Positions 25,020-37,392 of a DNA stretch of 64,000 bases are shown piece after piece. The position numbers and the translations under genes were made by a program. Source of the DNA: Octopus sinensis (taxonomy: Eukaryota); the NCBI RefSeq assembly GCF_006345805.1, contig NC_043003.1:21390001-21454000 (forward strand), written 5' to 3'. Every line of letters starts with the position of its first letter. Positions within the stretch are counted from its first letter, which is position 1. The notes beneath the pieces are model-generated. The model searched no databases. It worked only from the letters and a program-made list of their open reading frames with translations, and was not told where the DNA came from.

Positions 25020-25459
25020 TGTGTGTGCAATCGCTTGTGTGCAGGTACACATGTTCATTAATAGTTGTTAGAGTGTTGAGTAGAATGCCTTGTGTTTGTT
25101 CTGGCTTTGTCAGCCCCAAGTTCGTATTTCACTGATGTTAGCTTTGCCTTTTATCTTTTTTTTTTAATTTATTTGGTTGGTGGGCTAATGTTGGTGACAG
25201 TGGGGGAATTAAGTAAAGAAGGTACTGTCCTCTCTCCTTCCAGCCATCACAAATTGGATGTTTCACTAGGCCAAAGGAAGTACCAGCAGGTTGAGAAGCT
25301 GCTCCATGTCTGCTCACAATTATGGGGCTTCTTGAAGCAACTCACAAGACGCATGATACATGTCATCCAATCATTCTTGATTATGAATGATAACTGTAGT
25401 TGTATATACGTATGTTTTGTGTGTGTGTGGGTGTTGAGCACTCATTCTCATTGTTCATC

Positions 25460-25860
25460 ATTTACATCATCATCATCATCATCGTTTAACGTCCGCTTAC
25501 CATGCTGAAGTCTGGCGAACCAGACTCCAATCTGATCTGGCAGAGTTTCTACAGCTGGATGCCCTTCCTAACGCCAACCACTCCAAGAGTGTAGTGGGTG
25601 CTTTTACGTGCCACCGGCACAAGGGCCTGTTAGATGGTACTGGCAACGGCCACGCTCAAATGGTGCTTTTTATGTGCCACCTGCACAGCAGCCAGTCCAG
25701 CGGCACTGACAACGACCTCACTCGAATGTTTTTTCACGTGCTCCCAGCATAAGTGCCAGTAAGGTGACGCAGGTAACGATCACACTCGGATGGTGTTTTT
25801 AACTTGCCAGCTTGTTCCTCTGGCAACGATCTCACTTGTATAGTACTCTTAGTGCTCCAC
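25460..25860 (-). mobile_element. RTE-tail repeat (family C)
   Basis: Matches 15230-15655. Confidence 0.8.
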
Positions 25861-25980
25861 TAGCAACGGATGCCAGTCACCGAGTTTGATTTCGATTTCG
25901 ATTTCACTTGCCTCAACAGGTCTACGCAATCGAGTTTGATTTCGATATGTATGTGTATATATATGTATGTACATATGTTA

Positions 25981-26024
<44 letters not shown>

Positions 26025-28224
26025 TATATATATATGTATATATATATGTATATGTGTGTATTTGGACATACCCATGTCTTGACATCCATGATGTCTGTAT
26101 ATGAGCATCATTATCATACATGTGAGATTGTTTCCAGTCTTCCATAAAAAACATGTCCAGCTATGGGAAAACATTACCTTACTTGGAAATAGGTTGGGGT
26201 TGATGACAGGAAAGGCATCCAACCAAAGAAAATCTGCCTCAACAAATTCCAACTGACCCACACAAGCATGGAAAAGGGAGCGTTAATGTTTCATTCAGTT
26301 TTACCTCTACCTGTGATTTTCCTTCATAAGGAATGGGTTGCTCTTACTGTGACCTGCCCTCACTCTGCACCATTGGTACTCTAACCTGCCCTCATTGGGT
26401 GGGGATAGCCTTGTCTTTCCTTACTAGCATCTTTTCACTCTTAACCCACTTGCATTTCAAATCTCTTCTCTCACTTTGACCTCCTTCCCTTTGCCATTCC
26501 AATCTCTTGTTGACCCCCAGGATGAACCCCCTGCTGACTTTTTCCCACCTCACCCTCCCATATCTCCTTCTCACATTTACTTTTTCTCTTTTGACTTCTC
26601 CTTCCCTGATATACCTTCCTTTTGGTTTGCTTTCCTTCTCAGCTGTCTTCACAACGGCATGCTATGTCTTTGACCTCTTCCCATTGTGATTTGCTCTCCC
26701 TGTGAACTGTCTTCAAGTTCTGGCGCTCTCAATTTGAATCTCCATCATTCAAGCTTGTCTTCACTCTGACCGGCTTCTTCTTGCCTCCCTGTCTCCTCAC
26801 TCACGTTTCCCTTCTTGCCTTTCTGTTCTCCTCTTTCTATCGCCACTCATCTCTCTCCACTCATCTCTCCACAGCCTGCTTTCAGGTGCTTTAGCTTCAT
26901 CCTCCATCTTGCCTGCCTCTTCGGAAATCTTTGCCCTGACTTCGGATTGCTCCTTCCTCCTTGCTTCCAGATACACTTTGCTTCATTTAACTTTCTCGTC
27001 TCACCTGTCCATTCTGTTTTAGTTCCTCCCCATCTCTCTCTCTCTCTCTCTCTTTCTATCTCTCTCCCCCTCTTTCTCTCTCTCTCTTTCTCTCTCACAC
27101 ACACACACACAATAGAGTGTTTAGATCTAGATGTCTATTTTCCTCAGAAATCTCACTCTTCCTCTTACATTTATTTGTCTAACTTCTCTCTCTCTTTCTC
27201 TATCTATCTATCTATCTATCTATCTCTATGTCTATCTATCTATCTATATCTATATATCTATATATATATATATAGATAGATAGATATAGATAGAGAGATA
27301 GATAGATAGATATATCATATATATAGATATAGATATCTGTCTGTCTACCTCTCTCTCTGACCCAATTTTATTTTTGCCAGATTCATTTCTTTTTTTTTGC
27401 AGTCAGTTAAAAGCCTCTTTGTTTTTATCCCCACCCACCATCTCTCTCCAACCCATCTCTCTATCTATCTCTCTTTGTCTTTTTCTCTAACTTAACCCAT
27501 CTCTTTGTTCTCTCTCACTCCATCCTTGTCTAACCCATCTGTCTTTATCCCTCCCTCTCAAACTTACTCTCTTGCCCTTACTATTTTAACCCATCTGTCC
27601 CCCCTCTCTGTCTCTGCTCAGGCCTTTTATCTCTTTCTTCCTTTTTCTCTCTCTCCCTTTCTCTGTCTGACCTGTCTGCCTTGCTATCTATATAACTATA
27701 TTCTCACTACTTTTCAAGGTGAGCACCCTTTGTTATCTTACCATTGTAAGTATCTAGTCCTTTCAATGGTGTATTGTTCAACATCTTTATAAATAGTTTT
27801 CTTGTTGCTTGGCACAGTAACCATAATGATACAGATTGATTCATAAGGTTAGCCAGTTCAAACCCACTTAAGTTGTTGTTGTTGTTTTTGTTGTTGTTAT
27901 TTAGCCCCAGGTCAGCCCAGTCAATCTTCTTTTCAGATGTGACCATCTCATGTTAAGGAATGTCTCCCACTAGATTATTTAATATGTCCTTCCATTTTTA
28001 TGACACTATGAGTGATTTGAGAGAATTAGGCTACTATTTCTAGCAAGTCACCTAGTCATATTGAGGCTCTGTTGTTAGCTCCTAAACTCAACATATATTT
28101 TCTCTAACTTACCCCCATCTCTTTGTTCTCTCACTCTGTTTTCTTTCTTCCATCCTTGTCTAACCCATGTCTTTATCCCTCCCTCTCAAACTCACTCTCT
28201 TGCCCTTTATCCCTCCCTCTCAAC

Positions 28225-28382
28225 AATTATTTTCTCTCCTTGTTTCTTTCTGTGTTCCTTTCTGTGGAAGAGCATAGGCTCAAAACATTAAAGACTTTTT
28301 CAATTCCCGAGCGTTATACTAATACGTCTGTTTGTTGTCTACACCACCTGTCTTTGTCTTTTGTTTTTTTATGAATTCTCCC
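28225..28382 (+). mobile_element. Second hammerhead-like short repeat family (motif at 28258-28293)
   Basis: CUUU-CUGUGGA-A-GAGC auag GCUC-AAAA-CAUU-AAAG; ends at a (TA)n run; homologous to 42126-42218. Confidence 0.5.
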
Positions 28383-28706
28383 TATATATATACATACATA
28401 TATATATATATAATGTTATTTGAATCGCATATTCCATTACTATTCTAGTCCCATTCCCACTTCATCCTTCTCGTCTCCTTTCCTTGTCAATGGTCTTTTG
28501 CCAAAAATTTTTTATTTTGTTAGAGCAGCCTGCTGCTCTTTTCCCCACAGGCTGCCTCCACTTTAGTGCACCATTCAATCACTTTCTCAATGTTGTCTAG
28601 GGACATGTCCAATCCAGTTCCAGTGTATGCATCTCTTATTTCATCACTAATCCTGTTGATGTTGATCACCCTGGCTCCACTTCTTCACAGAATTACACAT
28701 ATTACA

Positions 28707-29111
28707 AGGCGGCGAGCTGGCAGAAACGTTAGCACGTCAGGCAAAGTGCTTAGTGGTATTTCGTCTGACGTTACGTTCTCAGTTCAAATTCTGCCGAGGT
28801 TGACTTTGCCTTTCATCCTCTCGGGATCGATAAATTAAGTACCAGTTACGCACTGGGGTCAGTATAATCGACTTAATCCATTTGTTTGTCCTCTCTGTGT
28901 TTAGCCCCTTGTGGGTAGTAAAGAAATAGGTATTTCGTCTGACATTATGTTCTGAGTTCAAATTCTGCCGAGGTTGACTTTGCTTTTCATCTTTTTGGGG
29001 TCGATAAATTAAGTACAGTTACACACTGGGGTCGATGTAATCGACTTAATCCCTTTGTCTGTCCTTGTTTGTCCCCTCTATGTTTAGCCCCTTGTGGGCA
29101 ATAAAGAAATA
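28707..29111 (+). mobile_element. SINE family B dimer inside one 18-bp TSD
   Basis: agaattacacatattaca at 28689-28706 and 29112-29129. Confidence 0.9.
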
Positions 29112-29492
29112 AGAATTACACATATTACAGTTATTCATCAACTGAACTACATCATCATCATCATCATTTAATATTCATTTTCTATGCTGTCTGCTTTGGT
29201 ATGGTTTCTATGGCTAGATGCCTCTCCTAATGCCAACCACTTTACAGAGTCTACCGGATGCTTTTTATGTGGTACCAGCTGCAGTGAAGTCACCAAGTAA
29301 CTTGCAAGACAAAGACCCCTCAACTGGGGAGGGAGGAGGGGATCTAGTCTTTTTCATCTGCAAAATGACCCCCCTTTAATTTTGCTCAGATTTCTTTCAA
29401 TTTTGGTGCATCAATGCAACGAATTACTTTATCTCATAAATTAAAGAATCTGATGTTATTTGGAATTAAAGTTGGGAAACTTGGGTAGTTTT

Positions 29493-29540
29493 AGCCAATC
29501 AACAGACAGCGAGGCATTAACAGCTCATTGCCATGACAAC
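29493..29540. promoter_or_regulatory. Candidate CCAAT (NF-Y) box plus RFX X-box module
   Basis: agCCAATca at 29493-29501; attgccatgacaac at 29527-29540 (13/14 match to the X-box consensus); lies in non-repetitive sequence that retains CpGs. Confidence 0.3.
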
Positions 29541-30103
29541 CGCACATTGTGTTGTGCTTCACTTGCATGTTGTGTTGATTCTTCACACCACGAGATTTAC
29601 TTCACCCTCGTGTTTTGTTTTAATGAAAATTTATATTTATCAATTAGAATTTTATTATAGATATTTTTCGTCAATTGTCTTAATATCTTACATATTTTTC
29701 ATATACAGCAAAAGTTGTTTGCGATGTTTATACAGTTTTTTTGGCATTATGAAGGTGAATGGAACATGTGAACTTAGTACACAACCACACACCTACACTT
29801 CAAGCACAGTACTGACAAAGCATTGGTGACTCATCAACTAAGTATTGCCAAGCTTCTGGGACTCATTGACTCAGATAGCTAGATTTATGATTTCACTGGA
29901 TTAATTCTATTCATAAACATTTAAATTAGGAGTATTTCTTAAACCGTTAGCTTCACATTTCAACAGCTTAACTGAAATTTAGCCCACATAACAGGAACTC
30001 TGAGGGATACTGGGGAAAAATGAAACTGTGGTTGATACAGATAATTTGACATTATTTTTGAATTCTGCATGCAAAAACATATAAGATACAGGTATTCTTT
30101 TTA

Positions 30104-30124
<21 letters not shown>

Positions 30125-30144
<20 letters not shown>

Positions 30145-30350
30145 GTGTATATATGTTTGTGTTTGTCTCCCCAACATTGCTTGACAACCGATGGTGGTGT
30201 GCTTACGTCTCTGTAACTTAGCAGTTTGGCAAAAGAGACCGATAGAATAAGTACTAGGCTTCCAAAGAATAAGTCCTGGGGTCGGTTTGCTTGTCTAAAG
30301 GCAGTGCTCCAGCATGGCCACAGTCAAATGACTGAAACAAGTAAAAGAGT
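30125..30350 (+). mobile_element. SINE family A, 3' half
   Basis: cttgacaaccgatggtgg...gactgaaacaagtaaaag. Confidence 0.75.
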
Positions 30351-30671
30351 ATTAGTCCATGTCCAAAACACTAGCTTGTTAATAACTAAGTTAATTTAAT
30401 AAATTCTTCATTATTTTGAAAATTAATTCAAATAAAGGCAATGTGGTTCAACGCCCTTCTCCTACTTTAATATCTACCTCTACTTCCCCACACTCACTTT
30501 TCTCAGCTTGAGCTAATTGAAGAGTCTCAACATCAGTGGTTTTCAACCAGTGTTTATATAGCCCAGGGCCATATAAGATTTTGTTATTAAAATTTATCTG
30601 AAATAAATTGATTGTACTTCTACAATGCACAAAATATTTGAATATTTCTATAGAATTCCTAATATTTACAT

Positions 30672-31642
30672 TTATGAATTTGTTTTGCAAAATTCCTGAT
30701 GTGAAATATAACAGTTATTGTTATATTTCGGGATGGTCATTTTCTTTTACTTGCCAAATATACACTCACACTATATATATTCGTTCTTTGCTTATTATTG
30801 TTCATATTGTATCCTTATGTCCATTGTCTGGAAATCTTTCCTCACACATCTGTGACCTCTTCAGCAACTCTTCTATCCTATGTATATCCTCCTGTTCTGT
30901 TTACCATAAATCCTCAAGTATAATCCTTATTTTTCCCCCAAAATTTAAAGGTCAAAATCCCTAGTGTGTACTATATACGAGGTTAAAAATGAAAAATATT
31001 TTCTAAGCAATGACAGAGTCTCTATTTGCTGTCCGGCAATATTTATTCAAATGCATTTTATGATGTCGGGCGGGAAAATACATTAAGCTAAGCCTGAAAG
31101 CAATGAAGTCATAAAAGAATCATCCATAACTTGCAGTAAGCAACATTTATTAAAATAAAATTATTCAGAACACAGAAAAAGATGTAACAAAAACAATTTG
31201 CAAACATATTTACATTCCCATATAACAGTTAAGAACATCACCATTATTGTATTACGCATGCACGAAAGTGTTTGCTCGACTAGGTGCTGCTGGCTTAATC
31301 ACACATGACTCAAGTTAGAGAAGGGGTGCATACTATACACAAGGTTTAGGTTTTTCAGAGATACAGCCCCTTACAAAATCCCCAGCGTATTATACTCAAG
31401 GGCGGACTATACTCGAGGATTTATGGTAGTCCATTCTAAACAGAATAAGAGGATACACACAGGATAAAAGAGTCACTGAAGAGGTCACAGATGTGTGAAG
31501 AAAGATTTCCACACAATGGACATAAGACAATAATAACAATAATAAATGCAATGGACATAAGGCAGAATAATAAATAATCAAAAAGATATGGTGCGTGTGT
31601 TTATTTGGCAAGAACAAGAAAATCGCTATCCCAAAATATAAC
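30672..31642. repeat. Head-to-head inverted repeat pair (about 185-bp arms), possibly Penelope-like LTR remnants, split by the pogo MITE
   Basis: 30718-30903 is the reverse complement of about 31434-31642 (e.g. acacatctgtgacctcttcag / ctgaagaggtcacagatgtgt). Confidence 0.65.
30904..31426. mobile_element. pogo/Tigger-type MITE with TA TSD
   Basis: TA|ccataaatcctcaagtataatcc ... ggactatactcgaggatttatgg|TA; about 23-bp TIRs with 2 mismatches. Confidence 0.85.
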
Positions 31643-32311
31643 AATACCCTAATATTTAATTATAAAAATATGATATGAATTTTTTAAACATCAAATGGCT
31701 ATGAAGGATCATCCAAGTAAAATAGGAATTAAAGGGGTCCATAGATTTTAAAAATGGTTGAGAAACACTGCCCTACTTGATCGTTTGAACCTTATGGAAA
31801 AAAAAAAAGAGAGAAAAGGTTATGCTAGATAATATGTCTTGGATATTCTATGTCTGAAAATAAGATAAGATGGTCATGGTTGGATTTCCTTTGATCGGCA
31901 CTATACCTTTTCTGGAACCCCAAAGAGTAAATATATTGTTGATCTCATATTGATTGCTCTAAATTAAGGATTTGGACTGAAAGCAGGGTGAGTGAGATGT
32001 AGGTGGGGGCTGAAGGAAGCAGGCAGACAGATGGACAGGTTTATGTTTTGAAGGTCAGCCTTCATATAGCATACCTAATATGTGTGGGGGAATGGATACA
32101 TATATGTGTCTATATATGTATAAATACATATCTATATGCGTATGTCTATATCTATCTGTCTATATATATATACATACATATATATATATATATATATATT
32201 ATAGATATGTATGTATGTAAGTATATATATATATATATATAATATATATATATATATATTTCTATATGAAGTAACTCAAGGGCTGAGAGTTTCATGCATG
32301 GTAGTTATGAA

Positions 32312-32386
<75 letters not shown>

Positions 32387-33220
32387 CGTGTGTGTGTGTG
32401 TGTTCTCCATTTTGGCTGCTATCCAGAGAGGAGTGCATTATAGAAATCAAAGCAATCAATGTGCTGAAGGTCAAATGACCTCTTGAACAAACATGGATGA
32501 GGTGTGGCAGGTAGGAGGGACGGGTGAGAAATTTTCAAATTATAGGTATTTATTTTCTCATCAGTCTAGGAAGATGCTGAGGCTAAAGATGCTACTGGTG
32601 GTGGTTGTGGTGGTGGTGGTGGTGGAGTTGATGATATTATTAATACTACCGACTCAGTAATTGCAATTCTATATGCATGACTGCAAACCTTTAAAGGAAA
32701 TTCAATAATTTTAAATTTTAGGGTAGAAGATTTCGGTAAGACAAGTTGGTTTGATGTAGCACAGAGTCTGCTGCATGTAGCCAAAAATAAAGACAGAAGA
32801 TGTGTGCAAGAGCAATGCCAAAACAAACTAAAAATTAAAAGAGAAAAAGAAAGAAAAAAAAAAAGGAAACTATAAAAGGTATTGGAATGAACTTCTCGAA
32901 ATAGTTGTTAGTATAGTTTCGGCTGAATATGTGGATGATGAGGTCATCGGTCGGTTGGTGTATGATGTAACTTGCATAACGTAACAAGACAGGTTCGGTC
33001 ATGTCATTTTATCTTGTACTTGTCTTGGTCATTGGGTTGCAGCCATTCTGGGACATCACCTTAAAATGGTTTAGTTGAACAAATCGACCCTAGTAAATTA
33101 TGTGTAGGTTTACATCTGGTACTTATTCTATTGGTTGCTTTTGCTGGACTGTTTAAAGTATGGGGGCATAAACAAGCCAATACTGATTGTCAACTTGGAA
33201 CAGGAATGGATAAACACACA

Positions 33221-33253
<33 letters not shown>

Positions 33254-33734
33254 AACACTTCTCCATAAAATAACCTAATGACCACCCCACTCAAATTCAC
33301 ACACCCAAAGAAGATTTTAAGATTAGCTTAATGCATCGCAGTCCAACAATGTCTTAACTGGATGATACTTCAAAAGTCACTATCAACAACATTCTCATTT
33401 AATAATATATATATACGTATATATACATCTAATATAGGATAAAATTTTTCAAAAAAATTTAATCAATGGCCAGCATATTAAAAAATACCTTTAAAGGTTA
33501 AATTTATAAACAACTTATAAACAAGGGCAAAAGAAAAAAATTCTTAATGCCAAATATGCCAAAATTAGACACATCATCCATAACCATATAATTCATCACT
33601 ATAAGCACGTATCTTGAAGAAAGCCAACAGAAATTTCTAAAAATTTCTAAAATTTCTAAAAATAAGTTGTACATATATATATATATACATATATATACAT
33701 GCATATATATATATAGAGAGAGAGAGAGAGATGT

Positions 33735-34080
33735 CATCATCATCATTCTATGTTCATTGTCCATGCTGGCATGGGTTGGACGGTTTGACTGGGCTGGCAC
33801 GCTGGAAGGCTGTGCCAGGATCCAGTCTGATTTGGCATGGTTTTCTATGGCTGGATGCCCTTCCTAACACCAACCACTCTGAGAGTGTAATGGGTGCTTT
33901 TACATGCCACCAGCACGAGTGCCATTTGCGTGACATCAGTATCTGCCACAACTGCAATTTTGCTCGGCTTGATGGATCTTCTTCTCAAGCACAACATAAT
34001 GCCAAAGGTTTTGGTCATTGCCTCCATGAGGCCTAACACTCAAAAGAGACTCAGTCACTTTGCCTGTATGCAATAGGCTT
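33735..34080 (-). mobile_element. RTE-tail repeat (family C)
   Basis: Matches the 3' UTR of the 37.4-39.5-kb LINE. Confidence 0.75.
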
Positions 34081-34384
34081 CCACACAGTTTCCATCAACT
34101 AAATTCATTCACTAGGCAAAGATGGGGTGGTTACAATTGGAATGCATTGCTCTATCTGCAAGGTCAGAATTGACCCTAGGCTAAACAAGAAGCTTTATTG
34201 TTGTTGTTGTAGTTATGCGGTAGTACTGCAGACTGGAGAAAACATAGGAATTTTTAATTCATTTATCATATGACCCAAATATAACTCTTTCATCTTATTA
34301 AAAAACTAATTTTATTTGCCCACCCCCTCATCTCTCACTCTCTTACACACATTCACACATACTCTATCTCTCTATATCTGTCTC

Positions 34385-34428
<44 letters not shown>

Positions 34429-34436
<8 letters not shown>

Positions 34437-34553
34437 AAGGGCTTAGTAAAATAAATTACTTTGCCGCATACTGAACTCGTTAGAATAGCAGCTATTTCTA
34501 ACGAGTTCAGTATGCGGCAAAGTAATTTATTTTACTAAGCCCTTTTATATAAT
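34429..34553. repeat. Near-perfect palindrome with a 50-bp perfect stem
   Basis: 34436-34485 is the exact reverse complement of 34496-34545; spacer tagcagctat. Confidence 0.95.
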
Positions 34554-34673
34554 GTAATAATTTGAATTTGCCTTAAATGGTCCCTTTGCATACTGAATAC
34601 TTGGTGAAATTGATTAATTAATTAATTAATTTTCCCTCAATTGTTGAAATTATATATATATATATATATCTAT

Positions 34674-34742
<69 letters not shown>

Positions 34743-34955
34743 CTATCTGTCTATCTCTCAACCTATCTATTTCCTTTCTCTCCTCTCTCTCTCAATTCCT
34801 ACTTCACTTTCTTCCTTTCACCTTTTCTCTTCTCTCCTCTTTTCTTTTTCCCATCTTTATTTTCATAATCTCCAAGAAGGACAGTTCACATAATGTAGTC
34901 CTAGATACACTATGTTTAAAAGAAAGAAAAAAACAGAGAAAGATAGAATGGTTAA

Positions 34956-35448
34956 CCCTTTTCATACCAACTATCGTGGCACTGCCCCTGGATCTGTGAT
35001 CCAATCTTCCTCTTTTAAAGTAGTCTAAATTAAAACCTTCCGTCAAAATTTCAGGTAAATAGATGTTCCAAGCACCAGATAAATAACAAGGCTAAATTAC
35101 TCATTTCTTCGTTATTTTCAAAATTAATTGAAAAAAAAAGTTGGTAATTTTTTTTCAACAGAAATAAAATAATAAAAATGTTAAGCTGCTTTATTTAACG
35201 CTTAAAATATCTATCTACCTAGGTCTGTCTTTCCTTCTATTACACAAAATCATATTTTTAACAATATTCATATATAGATTTGAACCTCCAGTCATAATTT
35301 GTATGCAAGAATCATTCTGTTTAAACAGCAGCTTTAATAATAAACAAAGTCATTCGTTATACTAAATCCCTCCCAGTTCTTGATTATTTTCAAAATTAAT
35401 TGAAAAACATAGGCAGTGTGTTTCAATAGAAATATGGTTGTGAAAGGG
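34956..35448. mobile_element. piggyBac-type MITE family B, degenerate and expanded
   Basis: TTAA|cccttttcatac ... gtgaaaggg|TTAG; interior similar to 45496-45718. Confidence 0.55.
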
Positions 35449-35796
35449 TTAGAAAGAAATTAAAAGCTAAGACAGCCAGAAGAATTTTTCTGCAACTATC
35501 TTTATTTGTAGAATAAAAATAGTTGGTTACATAGGCTTTTTTTTTTTAGTTTGTTTGTTTCATTTTTGTTTTTACTTTATTATTATCATCATCATCATCA
35601 TCATCATGGTTGGGTTTTGGGTTTTTTCTTTGTATTTTCTTATGAAATCTCCCACAGATCTTTATACTTAATCTCAGAAGCAGTACTGTGATTATGCATG
35701 GTGTTTTTGTGTCAAGCTAAAGTTAGAGCATCTGTACTTTAATGATATCACAGTTGTTAAACAAAATATATAAAAAATATATGCATATCTGTATAT

Positions 35797-35842
<46 letters not shown>

Positions 35843-36149
35843 GTGCATGTGTGTGTGATGGTTGTAAATGTTAAAAGAATGATTGTATCAATGTGTATGT
35901 ATGTATATATGTGTGTATGTATATATGTGTGTGTGTGTATGTATATATATGTGCATATATATAAATATATATGTGCATGTATATATATATGTGTGTGTGT
36001 GTGTATGTATATTTGTGTGTTTGTATGTGTGTGTGTATGAAGGCATATACGTGAACAAACATCTATATGCATTTTGTATACATGTGTTTTCACATACATA
36101 TGGATATATGCATGTATGAAAATGTAACATCCCACACTGCTATTTAAAT

Positions 36150-36540
36150 TTCTTTCTGTATAAATATATGTGATCAATGCCAGGGCCGCCTGACTGGCTC
36201 CTGTGCCAGTGGAACATAAAAGCCACCTTCTGAACGTGGTCTATACCAGTGGCCCCTGACAGGCTCCTGTGCCAGTGGCACGTAAAAAGCACTATCCGAA
36301 CATGATCAGTGCCAGGGCCGCCTGGTTGGCTCCTGTGCTGGTGGCACATAAAAAGCACCCACTACACTCTTGGAGTGGTTGGTGTTAGGAAGGGTATCCA
36401 ACCATAGAAACCTTGCCAGATCAGATTGGAATCTGGTGCAGCTGCTGGCTTTCCAGACCTCAGTCAATCCATCCAATCCATGGCAGCATGAAAAACGGTC
36501 ATTAAATAATAATGATGGTGATGATGATGACTACAGCGAC
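36150..36540 (+). mobile_element. RTE-tail repeat (family C)
   Basis: gtgccagtggcacgtaaaaagcac subrepeats plus ggtgttaggaagggtatcc. Confidence 0.75.
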
Positions 36541-36565
36541 GACATCGACAATGATTTGTGTTTTG

Positions 36566-36616
<51 letters not shown>

Positions 36617-37392
36617 ATCTCAAGATGTCAAATTTTACTTTACTGCTTATACATATAACATGTATGGACATCTCATGAATGTATGCATATGCACATGTAT
36701 GTGTGTGTGAGTAAGTGTATGTGTGAGTGTGTGCGATTTTGATGAAGAATTTTACATTACTGAATATTTATTCACATAAGTGTGTGGACACGCATACACT
36801 TGTGTGTGTATGTGTGCATGTGTTTATAGCCGCAAGCATGAATATGTTTGAGAATGCAAAATGTTATATTACTATTCATATGGGTATGCATGTGTGTGTT
36901 TTTGTGAGTGTGTGTGTGTGTGCATGAGAGAGTGGAGTGTTGATATGTGTATGTATGTGTGTGTTTGTGTGTGTGTGTTTGAGGATGAAAAATGTATTAC
37001 TATTTGCATGTGTGTGTGTACACATGTGTATATGTGTTTATGTATTTGCAAATGCAAAATGTTATATTTTTGTTTATATGGGGATACATCTGTGTGTGTG
37101 TGGTGTGTGTGTGTGTGAGTGTCTGTGTGTGTTCATGCAAAGTTTTTACAATCACTGAGATTTTCTGTAAATCAGCACAGCTTTTCAAACAGAAGTGAAG
37201 TGCAGACTGAAGTGTTGGGTTAAAAATACTTCACATTGTACATGCAGGCATGCTGATCGGATTGATCAGGCAGATCTTAAAAAGGAGCTATTAGTAGGTT
37301 CCAGATTTGGCCTGATTAAAATATAGTGTTAGATACACACACACACACACACACATGGATACCCATATAAATTCACATGTATTCATATAAAT

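Larger units (their letters stand above)
30534..31770. mobile_element. hAT (Charlie-like) MITE carrying nested insertions
   Basis: TIRs cagtggttttcaacca (30534-30549) and tggttgagaaacactg (31755-31770), 14/16 match; flanking 8-mers ctcaacat / ccctactt match 5/8. Confidence 0.6.

Noticed and set aside
26300-27050. Purine-rich minus-strand ORFs as LINE ORF1
   Set aside because: Low complexity, several stops and no diagnostic motif.
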